Virus record (IMG/VR): IMGVR_UViG_3300037419_000730 | Coordinates: 1-43,552 of that record | DNA: 43,552 nucleotides | Strand: one strand, 5' to 3' | Origin: a virus | Lineage: Duplodnaviria; Caudoviricetes | Shown here: piece by piece, positions 1 to 8,403 of the stretch | Layout of the letters: every line of letters starts with the position of its first letter | Position numbering within the stretch: the stretch's first letter is position 1 | Program-made: the position numbers and the translations under genes | The notes under the pieces: model-generated | The model's input: the letters and a program-made list of their open reading frames with translations, nothing else | Database searches by the model: none | Told to the model about the DNA's origin: nothing

Positions 1-95
1 GGTGACTCATTCCACGCGTGCCGCAGCACAAACGGAACGCAAGACAGAAAAGTGATCGGATCGGCCGCGGCGCACCCCGCGATAATCGGCGCTCC

Positions 96-194
96 ATGAC
101 CACGCCGAACCCCATCGCCGCCGCCGATCTCGCCCGGCACACGCCGATGATGCAGCGGCGTCGCTCACTGTATAGACGAGCCACAAGAACCTGA
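96..194 (+). pseudogene. mutS: Displaced native 5' end of mutS (MTTPNPIAAADLARHTPMMQ), reading into phage DNA and stopping at TGA 192-194
   Basis: ATG at 96 is in frame with the HTPMMQ motif that typically begins MutS. A GATAAT -10-like hexamer lies at 81-86. Confidence 0.88.
141..156 (+). repeat. attL core ACGCCGATGATGCAGC
   Basis: Identical to 43454..43469; encodes TPMMQ of MutS. Confidence 0.95.
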
Positions 195-216
195 AGCTAC
201 GCCGAAAGTCACGCCG
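194..216 (+). promoter_or_regulatory. Tandem integrase arm-type sites (AAGCTACGCCG, AAAGTCACGCCG) inside attL
   Basis: The same motif recurs four times near attR (43227-43307). Confidence 0.65.
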
Positions 217-228
217 AGCAGGTAGGCA

Positions 229-244
229 CTGTACGCGTGTACAG
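229..244 (+). promoter_or_regulatory. LexA (SOS) box CTGTACGCGTGTACAG
   Basis: Perfect CTGT-N8-ACAG, 8 nt upstream of ATG 253, overlapping a TACAGT -10-like hexamer. Confidence 0.8.
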
Positions 245-252
245 TACACCGG

Positions 253-477
253 ATGCAGGAAGTCGAGCAGTTCAAGTGGTGGTTACCGCCGGGCCAGGGC
301 CGCAAGAAACCGTATCTATCCAGCTGGCACATGACGGCCGAGGAGGCCGCGAAGCGGGGCGCGCTGCGTCCGGAGACCACCTCGCGCATGGTGATCCGAA
401 GGCCTGAAACGGCGCAGGAAGCGATCGAGATGCAACGGCGTACCGACACCTCCGTGTGGGCCGGCGCGAAGCGCTGA
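253..477 (+). CDS. Small hypothetical protein (74 aa), probably SOS-regulated
   Basis: Fills the gap between attL and the endolysin; SOS box directly upstream. Confidence 0.75.
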   Translation: MQEVEQFKWWLPPGQGRKKPYLSSWHMTAEEAAKRGALRPETTSRMVIRRPETAQEAIEMQRRTDTSVWAGAKR

Positions 478-483
478 GGCCCC

Positions 484-969
484 TCACGCCGCGTCGCCGA
501 GGCACACGCCGCGCTCCTCGTGCCGGCGCTTCGTCAGGCCTGGCAGGGACACCAGCACCCCGGCCACACGGGCCTTGTCCCACCGGGGCAGCTCCTCGCA
601 GGCGGCCGGGATCGCGCCCTGTTTGAGCAGCCGCGCCGCCTGGCTGTTGGCCGGGTCGCAGGTGATCTTCGGGCCCATGTTGTAGACCGCGTCCGCGAAC
701 GCCGCGAGCACGTTGGGCGGCAGGTCCGGGGCGCAGCGCTCCACCGTCTCGACCGCGTGGCGCATGTCCGCGTCCATGAACGCGTCGCACTCCTGCAGGC
801 TGTAGCGCCTGCTCTTCGCCACGTCGGGGCCGGTGTGCCCGCGGCAGACGGTCAGGATGCCGGGCGGGTCGTAGTACGGGGTGAACTTCAGGCCTTCGTG
901 GCCGGTGGCCAGCACGGTGGCGATCGCGGTCGCCGCGGCGATGCGCCTGTTGCGGTCAGGCTTTTCCAT
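484..969 (-). CDS. Endolysin, GH24 lysozyme with SAR-like N-terminus
   Basis: HEG..PYYDPPGILTVCRGHTG catalytic region, C-terminal GLTKRRHEE, Ala-rich N-terminal segment. Confidence 0.92.
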   Translation of the reverse strand: MEKPDRNRRIAAATAIATVLATGHEGLKFTPYYDPPGILTVCRGHTGPDVAKSRRYSLQECDAFMDADMRHAVETVERCAPDLPPNVLAAFADAVYNMGPKITCDPANSQAARLLKQGAIPAACEELPRWDKARVAGVLVSLPGLTKRRHEERGVCLGDAA

Positions 970-1183
970 CGCCCGGTCCGCTGACGCTGTCCTGCTTGAT
1001 GAAGCGCGACACGAGCGCGGCGATGTTGGTCAGCAGCATCAGCTTCATCGTCGTGTGCGGCGACACGTAGTCGTCCAGCCCGTCGACCAGCGCGGGCGCT
1101 GCACCCAGCGCGTTCGCAATCAGGATCCAGCGCACCGACCAGGCCTTGAGCAGCACCTGCTTGGCGTTGTCGATCAACCTCAT
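956..1183 (-). CDS. Putative holin
   Basis: 75 aa with two hydrophobic segments; overlaps the endolysin start. Confidence 0.7.
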   Translation of the reverse strand: MRLIDNAKQVLLKAWSVRWILIANALGAAPALVDGLDDYVSPHTTMKLMLLTNIAALVSRFIKQDSVSGPGDGKA

Positions 1184-1184
1184 G

Positions 1185-1361
1185 TCAGAACTTGATCCAG
1201 CCCTTGCCGTAGGCGATGCCGATGGCGATCGCGCCGACGACCACCAAGAGCCGATTGACGATCGCCTTGCCCACCTGACGGTAGAACTCGTCGGCCATCT
1301 CGGTTTTCGCGGCTTTCACCACTGCGCGCTCGCGATCCGTCAGCTCGATGTCCTCGCTCAT
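1185..1361 (-). CDS. Small membrane protein of the lysis cassette (holin/antiholin candidate)
   Basis: MSEDIEL start overlaps the Rz stop (ATGA); one C-terminal TM segment. Confidence 0.6.
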   Translation of the reverse strand: MSEDIELTDRERAVVKAAKTEMADEFYRQVGKAIVNRLLVVVGAIAIGIAYGKGWIKF

Positions 1362-1876
1362 TTCACCGCCCCGGTTGCCCACCCGTAGCAGGTGGCGTAT
1401 TCGTCGCGGAGGCGGTCGGCTTCGAAAGCGAGCTGTCGAAGATCTGCTGCAACCTCGTCTGGAAGCTGAACGACGGCGGGGACATCAGCGCTGGCGGCGT
1501 TGCCTTGGGCGCTTCCGGTGCCGCCACCACCTGCCCCAGGTCCTGCACCTTCGGCGGGGCGGAAGCGCAGGCCGATACCAGAGTAGCGAGCGCGCAAAGC
1601 GTCAGTTTCAGCCCGGTGTTGCCCACGTTCGGCCTCCAGTTGGTTCTTGAACTTGTCGCGCTCGGCCATCGTTGCGATGACTTCGACCTGCTTGGCTCGG
1701 TACATCGCGCTCGCCTGGTCTTTCTGCTTCGCGATCTCGGTGTTGATGCGGTCGAACTCGCCTTGGTCGGCGACCTTCTGCGATGCGACACCGGCGTCGT
1801 GCTGCCAGTAGCCCACGCCGACCAGGCTGGCCAGCCAGATCAGGACGCCGCCGAGGATCGCGTAGGGGTTCAGCAC
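1358..1876 (-). CDS. Rz-like inner-membrane spanin
   Basis: GTG start right after a late promoter box; N-terminal TM (YAILGGVLIWLASLVGVGYW), coiled coil and C-terminal Cys. Confidence 0.8.
   Translation of the reverse strand: MLNPYAILGGVLIWLASLVGVGYWQHDAGVASQKVADQGEFDRINTEIAKQKDQASAMYRAKQVEVIATMAERDKFKNQLEAERGQHRAETDALRARYSGIGLRFRPAEGAGPGAGGGGTGSAQGNAASADVPAVVQLPDEVAADLRQLAFEADRLRDEYATCYGWATGAVK
1363..1626 (-). CDS. Rz1-like outer-membrane lipoprotein spanin embedded in Rz
   Basis: GGAGG RBS, GTG 1626, signal peptide with lipobox LVSAC, then a Pro-rich region, in a different frame inside Rz. Confidence 0.75.
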   Translation of the reverse strand: MGNTGLKLTLCALATLVSACASAPPKVQDLGQVVAAPEAPKATPPALMSPPSFSFQTRLQQIFDSSLSKPTASATNTPPATGGQPGR

Positions 1877-1903
1877 GCGCAGATGGTGGCGCGCGCCGGC
1901 TGA

Positions 1904-1915
1904 GTTATGGAAACT
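1904..1915 (-). promoter_or_regulatory. Late-promoter box AGTTTCCATAAC (lysis operon)
   Basis: Exact 12-mer, N15, CACCAT, N6, GTG. Confidence 0.8.
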
Positions 1916-1920
1916 CCTGC

Positions 1921-4900
1921 TTACTGGTGCGCGTGCATGTCGCCGGTGGTGATGCCGCGCCACCACTCCGCAATGTCCTCGGGGTGCTGCTTGCCGTTCC
2001 ACACGTCCGCGAGGAACTGCACCGTGGAGCCGGGCTGGCCCAGCGGCATGCCCAGGATGTAGCCCGCTTCGGTCATCGCGTGCTTGATCCAGCGCTCGTG
2101 CGTGCTGCCGTCCTTGAAGTCGGCCAGCAGCCGGTCCGTGTTGCTCACCACGGATGCCACCGGCGACATCTCGTAGTCCTTGCCGCCTGCGTAGTGCCCA
2201 GCGATGTCACGCAAGATCGGCACGCCGCCGCTTGCGGACATGGCCATCTGCTTGGCGAACCACTTGATCCAGCCCTCCTCGCCCTCTTCTTCCTTGGGCG
2301 GGTGCATCATGTGGTGGATCGCCTGCACGCCCAGCGTGTACATGAAGCTGCGCAGGATCAGCGTGCCGACGTCGCCGCGGAAGCCCGCCCAGTCGCCGGT
2401 CTCGCGCGCGTCAGCGAAACCCGCCGGCAGCTCGCGCACGCGCTTGCTCGTGTCGATGATCCGGTTGATGTTGTGATTCCAGAAGGTGTAGAACATCGTG
2501 AACAGCTTCTGGAACTCGTTGCCGCGCTGGATGGCGGCCATGTCCTTCACACCCCCGCCGCCGTGCGCGTTGCGTACCGTCTTGTCGGCGAAGTAGATCG
2601 CATCCTGCTCGCCCATCTCCAGCCCGCCCTTGGCCTTGGGCGTCATGGCCTTCAGATACGCCCCCATCCACGTCGGCGCGGCCGACGCGTAATCGAGCAT
2701 CGCGATGCCCTGGTAGGCGCGCTGCTCGATCGCCAGCTTGGCGCGCTGCAGCGCTCCGGTCGCCGGGTCGGCGAGCTTAAGGTGGATGTCGCGCAGCTGC
2801 TCGCGCACGTCGCGCTCGATCTCGTTCATGCGGTGGCGCATCTCGGTCGAGCGCTCGGCGATGAATGTGCTGTTGGCTTCCCACTGCCCGTCACGCGAGA
2901 ACGCCTGCAGGCCCTTGTCCAGCCACTCCGGACCGAGCTGCTTCATCACCCCGGCCCAGGTCTTCTTGTTGAAGATGCCCTTGCCCATGGTCTTGAAGCC
3001 CGCCTCAGCGACCGACTCGCCGGCGGCCGTGGTGCCGTGCATGATCATCGTGGAGATGCGAAAACCTAGCCCCACCATCGTCGCGCGGGTGCGCAGCTCG
3101 TGGGCCAGGCGGTCCCACATCTGCAGCTCCGACGGGCGCACCGCGGCGTCGTTGGCCAGCGACAGCAGCCAGCCGTTGAACTGCTTGTAGTGTTCCTTCG
3201 AGAGCGTGGCCTCGATGCCCTCGCGCACGGCGCGGTGGCTCAGAAACCGGTCGGCCTCGATGATGGCGCGGCGCGTGGTGATGTCGCGGATCTCGTCCTT
3301 CAGCACGCGCGGCAGCACGTCGATCGACAGCAGCATCGGCTTGGCGTAGTTGTCGTTACGCGTCTGCTCGCGGCCGGTGGACGTGTCGGCGCGCGTGTAG
3401 ATGTTGTCCTCGAACAGCGAATCGAGGTGTTTGGCGTGCCGCTCGGCCACCGAGTGGCTGCGCGCCGGGTCGTAGGTGATCGGCCAATACCAGCCCGTGC
3501 GCTCGCCGTGCGCAGTCTGAAAACCGATGCGCGGCACCTTCTTGGGCGCCGTGGAGCCCATCTCGCGCAGCATCTGCTGCTTCAGCGGGAACAGCTCCTG
3601 GAAGGTGCCCGCGATCTTCTCCACGAAGTCCCATTCGGCCTTCGTCATGTTGCGGTCCAGAAACTCCAACACCGCGGCGGCGTCCCACTTTTCACCGCGC
3701 AGCAGCTTGGAGAAGTGCTCCGCATCACCCCGGATGCCGGCCAGCGCGATCTTCTCGCCCCACGTCAGACGCTGGGGCTTGCCCGTCAGGCCGTCGATCA
3801 CGGGCAGCTCGTAGCCCTTGCCGCGGTTGGCCTTCACCACATCGGCCGGCAGCTTGGCCACGGCCGCTTCCCACGCCTGGCTGATCTTCAAATCGAGGTC
3901 GTTGCGCCGCCCTTCGGCGTCGGCGATCTTGCGAAACACCAGCCGGTTGAACACCCCGTTGGGGTTGTAGTCGTCCAGCCAGTCGATCATCTGCTCCATC
4001 TTCAGCAGCGACGCCTGCACGCTGCGCGCGAACGACTTCAGGCTGATCCACTTCTCGTCGACGCGCGACAGGCCGCGGTTCGTTTCGGTCGTTCGCTTCG
4101 GGAGTTTTTCCAGTTGGGCGACCGCCTCCTGCGCAACGTCGGCGAGCATGCGCGACTCGTTGCCGTCCTGCACCTTCTGCACCTCGCGCCCCAGGTGCTC
4201 AAGGGACTTCACCGCATCGATGAGGCCGCGAAACTCCGTGACCGTCATGTCCTTGTAGTGCTTGCGGTTGGCGTCCAGAATCATCGACTCAGGCACGTCG
4301 ACCGAGAACTTCATGGCCGCGAGCTTCTCGACGAAGGCCTCCAGCGACAGCATGTTCTTCTCGGCCGCTTGCTCGGGCGACAGGCCCGTGCGCAGGTCGA
4401 AGCGGGCCAGCAGCGCGTCGATCTGATCGCGGAATTCCAGCTGCACCTTCTCGCGCACGCTGTCCTTGGTGAACTTTTTCAGGTAGTCCAGCCCCTTGGC
4501 CACGTCGGCGACGGCTTCCTGCGCGGCCTTCACCAGCTGGTTGTTCAGCAGCGCGGCGCGCTGGGCTTGCGCCGCGGCCAGCGGGTCTTTGGCCACCGCC
4601 TTGAGCGCGTCGCGGTTGGCCTTCGTCTCGGCCGCCTCGTATTGACGCGTGGACAGGTCGCGGATGCGCTGCTCGCCGATGGCGGCGTACGCGGCTTCCT
4701 TCGCACCGCGCACCAGCTGCGCGGCCGGGATGGGCGACTTCGTGAGGATCTTCAGGCCGGTGGCCATGAACCGTGCGCGGGCGTCGTTGTGCACCGCCTC
4801 GGATGCCGCGGCGTCGATCGCGTCGGGGCTGGACAGCTCGCCGTGGCGTTCGATCATGTAGCGGTCCACCAGGCCCGCGATCACTTCCTTGCGCGGGGGC

Positions 4901-7900
4901 GCTTCGGCCAGCGCGCGCTCGAGCTCCGCGCCGTCCTTGAAGCCGAACATCTCGGCCAACTGCTGCGGGTCGAAATCCTTCAGCTTCTTGCCTTTGAGGA
5001 AATCCTGCAGCCGGTACACCGGCTCGTTGCCGACTTGCTCTTCCACCTCGCGCGTGATCGCATCGCGCGCCGTCTTGGCCTGCTTCTGCAGGTCGCGCAC
5101 GGCCTCGGCCTTCGCGCCCGACAGCCACTTCATATCGCGCAGCGACTTGCGCTGCATGTCCTCGATCGCTTCGTTGGTGGCCTCGGCCCCGAGGTCCTGG
5201 TAGCGTGCCCACTCCTCGGCCGACACGCCCGCGGGCTTTTCCTTGAGCAGCGGCTCGAACACACGCGCCGCCTGCGCTTCACGGATCGCCTCGTCGCTGG
5301 CCAGCATGCGGTCGAACATCTGGCGCACCTCGGGCGACAACTCCACGTTCAGGCCGCGCAGGCTGCGGTAGATGTTGACCATCCACGAGCGGATGCGCTG
5401 GAAGAACGGCTGAAGTTCGCGGCTGGGGGCCTTGCCTTCCATCAGGTAGGCTTCGAAGGCGCGCGCGAAGCGCTCGTGGCTGTCGCGCTGCTCGTCCACG
5501 GACATCGAGTTCCACTTTTGCAGCGACTCCACGCCGAACCACTTCAACACGCGGTCCATGTCGGCGCGGATCTCCGGCGGGGCGTCAGGAGTGGACGCGA
5601 TGCGCGCGTACGTGTCCAGCGCCCAGTGGCCGGTTTCGTGCAGGTAGGTGGAAAGGTCCGCGTCCTTGAGCAGCGCGAGAGTGCGCGACTCGGGCGCGAA
5701 GACGCCGCGGGGCGCTACGGTGTCCTGGTAGAAGCTGCCACTAAGTCCCGCGCTTCCGTCACCATGCCCGCCACGTACTGACTCCAGAACGCGTCGTCGT
5801 GCATCCGGGCCTGATAGAAGGGCTCGCAAGAGAGCCGCTCTTTGTACAGTGGTGCGGCCAGCCGCGCCAGTCCCCGGCTTTCTTCCATCGAAGCCGAGCA
5901 TGCCGGACACTGCTTCATGGTCGAGAGCAGCACCGGAGGCGTCAACGAATGATTGTGTTGCAGGGTCATACCGGACGTTCGCCGTGGCGTTCGGGTTGAT
6001 CGCTTCGGTCGTGGCGATCGAAGCGTCCACCATCGCGCGGATGTTGCCAAGGGTATCACCTTTGCGCCAGCGCAGGGCGGGAATTCCGACGTCCAGGCGG
6101 CCCACCTCCTGATCGGGGTGCGGGGCGATGTGGTCGGTGGTGCCGTACTTGAGGGCCGACGAGAGCATGTTCTCCAGCCGGCGGCGCATCGCCGCTTCGC
6201 TCACCCCAGCCGGATCGCCGATGAAAGTCAGGCCGTTGTTGTGGGCGTAGTTCGCTGCGAGGTCGTACATGCGGCTGCCGCCGCTGCCTTCCTTCAGGGC
6301 CGAGGCGTTGATCCAGACCTCGCTGCCGCGCTGAGTGATCGTCGCGTGGCGCCCGCCTGGCAGCGTGACCATCCACGACTGACCGTCCTCCGGTGTGGCG
6401 TTGGCCAGCATCCACTTTTCGCTGTCGGCGCTGTCCTCGCGATCGACGGGACCGACCTTCAAGCCCTTGGCCTTGGCGATCTCGCTGATGTCCTTGCTGG
6501 TCGACTTCTGAAAGCGGAACAGGCCCTCGTGCTTGCCCAGCTCCAGCAACGTGGTCGCGATGTCGCCGGCCGGATGTGCCTGATCGAGCCCGCCGCCCGC
6601 GTGCTCGGCCACCAGCCGCGGCGCGTACTTCGCCATCGCTTCTTCCGGCGTGATGCCCTCGTGCGCCGCCAGTCGCGACAGGATCGCGCCCTGCACGTTC
6701 GCGTACACGCGGTTCACGTCGGATGAAAAGCGCCCCAGAGCATCGAGTTGGTCCTGCAGCGACTGCACGACGCGGCCGTGCGACTCGCGCATGGCGTCGG
6801 CTTCCTGCTTGTCCTTCGCGATGCCAGCGGCCTGCTCCTGCATTCGCTGCGCGGCGTCCTGGTAGAAGGCCTGGGCCTCGCGGAAATTCATGCCCTGCGG
6901 GTCGGCCTTCAGCTCGGGCAGGATGGCCTTGTCCAGCGGCGTGCCGGCGATGAGGCTGGCGTAATCGGCCGTTGGGATGCGCACGAACCCCTCGGTGAGC
7001 TGGGCCTCGCGCAACTGCTGCACCACTTCGGGCAGAGTGCGCGCGAGCTCCTCGGGCCGCACACCGGCCTGCTGCAGGCCTTGCGCGAACGCCTTGCCCT
7101 CGATGTAGACGTGGGGCAGCTCGCCGTCTTCGGTGACGGCGCGCACGAAGTCGTGGAAGCCCTCCGGGTCGCGCTCGCGCCACTTGCTTGCAGCCGACAG
7201 CTGCCCGAGCGTGGACATGCGCTGGAAGGCGTCCTGCGCCGCGTCGGCCTGCTGCGCCGCCCGGTACGTCTCGCGCACCGCATCGAGGTAGCCGGGGCGT
7301 TCGCCTCGGGGGCCGCCCACGGCCAGCACCGAACCGGCCAGCCCGGACAGGATCGCCTGCTCCGGATCGAACCCTTCGGCCATGTTCGCGGGCAGCACCT
7401 GGTTCATCGCCTGGCGCTGCACTTCGCCCATCGCGCTGCCCGATGCGAACCCCGACAGGATGCGGGTCGCAATGTTGCCCGGTGCGGACAGCGGGATCAC
7501 GCCTTGCGCCGTGCTCGTCAGGTAGGAGATCTGCGCCGCCTTGGCGGCCAGCGCCGGATTGCCCGTGGCCGCGTAAATGTTGCGGCCGGTGTCCACGGCA
7601 TCGCTCAGCGACGGGAACATCATGGCCTTCGCGCCGTGTTCCACCGCGCCCGCGAGCACCTGCCCGGTCGTCTGAACGCCCAGGGGGGCCGCGCCAGGTG
7701 CAGCGGTCGTGCCGCCCAGCGTGATCTGCGAGAGCATGCCCAGCAGGTTGCCGGCCATGTTGGAGGCCTTCGCAACGAACGGTGCATCCTTCGCAGGGGC
7801 GAATGTGGGCGCGGCATTCAGGCGCGGTTCCACCATCTCGCGAAACCACGCGTCGGCCGTGTTGCCTCCCGTCAGCGCGTCGTAGGCGGCGGGGAACGCA

Positions 7901-8403
7901 CCCAGCACGAGGTTCAGAGAACCAGCCGCCTTGTTGAACGCGCCGCCTAAGCCCTTGACGGCTTCGGCCCCTGCTTCGCCTGCAGCGTTGTTGTTGAAGA
8001 TGTAGCCCAACGCGCTGCCCGGCCCGACGGTGACCGCCCTCTCCACGCCTGCCGCGTTCGGGATGTCGTCGTGCACGACGCTGACCACCTGCGGCTGGTT
8101 CGCGATGCGCTGCTGCAGCTGCGGCGCGTCCTGCATGTTCGAGCGCGCGAGCTCCACCGCCATGCGGTCCTTGAACTCCTGCGGGTAAGCCGCCACCACT
8201 TCGGGCGTGGTGTTGTAGCGCTTGGCCAGCGCGTTGTGCAGCGCGGCCTGATCGGGATTGCCGGTGGAGGCCATGCCTACGGCCAGCGCCGCGCGCGAAC
8301 CGGCATCGCGTTGCTGGTCGTCCAGCATCTGCACGGCGCCGTCCCACTTGTTGGCGGCCGGCGGCGCGGACATGCCCGCAACGATGTCGTCGTAATTGGG
8401 CAT
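1921..8403 (-). CDS. Giant internal virion (ejection) protein, polyvalent-type, 2160 aa
   Basis: Last of three internal virion genes. YLHETGH (HExxH) and HERFARAFEAYLMEGKAP motifs are typical of this class. Confidence 0.8.
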   Translation of the reverse strand: MPNYDDIVAGMSAPPAANKWDGAVQMLDDQQRDAGSRAALAVGMASTGNPDQAALHNALAKRYNTTPEVVAAYPQEFKDRMAVELARSNMQDAPQLQQRIANQPQVVSVVHDDIPNAAGVERAVTVGPGSALGYIFNNNAAGEAGAEAVKGLGGAFNKAAGSLNLVLGAFPAAYDALTGGNTADAWFREMVEPRLNAAPTFAPAKDAPFVAKASNMAGNLLGMLSQITLGGTTAAPGAAPLGVQTTGQVLAGAVEHGAKAMMFPSLSDAVDTGRNIYAATGNPALAAKAAQISYLTSTAQGVIPLSAPGNIATRILSGFASGSAMGEVQRQAMNQVLPANMAEGFDPEQAILSGLAGSVLAVGGPRGERPGYLDAVRETYRAAQQADAAQDAFQRMSTLGQLSAASKWRERDPEGFHDFVRAVTEDGELPHVYIEGKAFAQGLQQAGVRPEELARTLPEVVQQLREAQLTEGFVRIPTADYASLIAGTPLDKAILPELKADPQGMNFREAQAFYQDAAQRMQEQAAGIAKDKQEADAMRESHGRVVQSLQDQLDALGRFSSDVNRVYANVQGAILSRLAAHEGITPEEAMAKYAPRLVAEHAGGGLDQAHPAGDIATTLLELGKHEGLFRFQKSTSKDISEIAKAKGLKVGPVDREDSADSEKWMLANATPEDGQSWMVTLPGGRHATITQRGSEVWINASALKEGSGGSRMYDLAANYAHNNGLTFIGDPAGVSEAAMRRRLENMLSSALKYGTTDHIAPHPDQEVGRLDVGIPALRWRKGDTLGNIRAMVDASIATTEAINPNATANVRYDPATQSFVDASGAALDHEAVSGMLGFDGRKPGTGAAGRTTVQRAALLRALLSGPDARRRVLESVRGGHGDGSAGLSGSFYQDTVAPRGVFAPESRTLALLKDADLSTYLHETGHWALDTYARIASTPDAPPEIRADMDRVLKWFGVESLQKWNSMSVDEQRDSHERFARAFEAYLMEGKAPSRELQPFFQRIRSWMVNIYRSLRGLNVELSPEVRQMFDRMLASDEAIREAQAARVFEPLLKEKPAGVSAEEWARYQDLGAEATNEAIEDMQRKSLRDMKWLSGAKAEAVRDLQKQAKTARDAITREVEEQVGNEPVYRLQDFLKGKKLKDFDPQQLAEMFGFKDGAELERALAEAPPRKEVIAGLVDRYMIERHGELSSPDAIDAAASEAVHNDARARFMATGLKILTKSPIPAAQLVRGAKEAAYAAIGEQRIRDLSTRQYEAAETKANRDALKAVAKDPLAAAQAQRAALLNNQLVKAAQEAVADVAKGLDYLKKFTKDSVREKVQLEFRDQIDALLARFDLRTGLSPEQAAEKNMLSLEAFVEKLAAMKFSVDVPESMILDANRKHYKDMTVTEFRGLIDAVKSLEHLGREVQKVQDGNESRMLADVAQEAVAQLEKLPKRTTETNRGLSRVDEKWISLKSFARSVQASLLKMEQMIDWLDDYNPNGVFNRLVFRKIADAEGRRNDLDLKISQAWEAAVAKLPADVVKANRGKGYELPVIDGLTGKPQRLTWGEKIALAGIRGDAEHFSKLLRGEKWDAAAVLEFLDRNMTKAEWDFVEKIAGTFQELFPLKQQMLREMGSTAPKKVPRIGFQTAHGERTGWYWPITYDPARSHSVAERHAKHLDSLFEDNIYTRADTSTGREQTRNDNYAKPMLLSIDVLPRVLKDEIRDITTRRAIIEADRFLSHRAVREGIEATLSKEHYKQFNGWLLSLANDAAVRPSELQMWDRLAHELRTRATMVGLGFRISTMIMHGTTAAGESVAEAGFKTMGKGIFNKKTWAGVMKQLGPEWLDKGLQAFSRDGQWEANSTFIAERSTEMRHRMNEIERDVREQLRDIHLKLADPATGALQRAKLAIEQRAYQGIAMLDYASAAPTWMGAYLKAMTPKAKGGLEMGEQDAIYFADKTVRNAHGGGGVKDMAAIQRGNEFQKLFTMFYTFWNHNINRIIDTSKRVRELPAGFADARETGDWAGFRGDVGTLILRSFMYTLGVQAIHHMMHPPKEEEGEEGWIKWFAKQMAMSASGGVPILRDIAGHYAGGKDYEMSPVASVVSNTDRLLADFKDGSTHERWIKHAMTEAGYILGMPLGQPGSTVQFLADVWNGKQHPEDIAEWWRGITTGDMHAHQ

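Noticed and set aside
1-10. Possible start of a divergent host gene (CAT at 8-10)
   Set aside because: Only three codons are visible, so it cannot be supported.
3100-5781. Long antisense or alternate-frame ORFs (for example 893 aa here, 34284-36452, 14407-16152, 6056-8347)
   Set aside because: Shadow ORFs of high-GC coding sequence, with no motifs or RBS.
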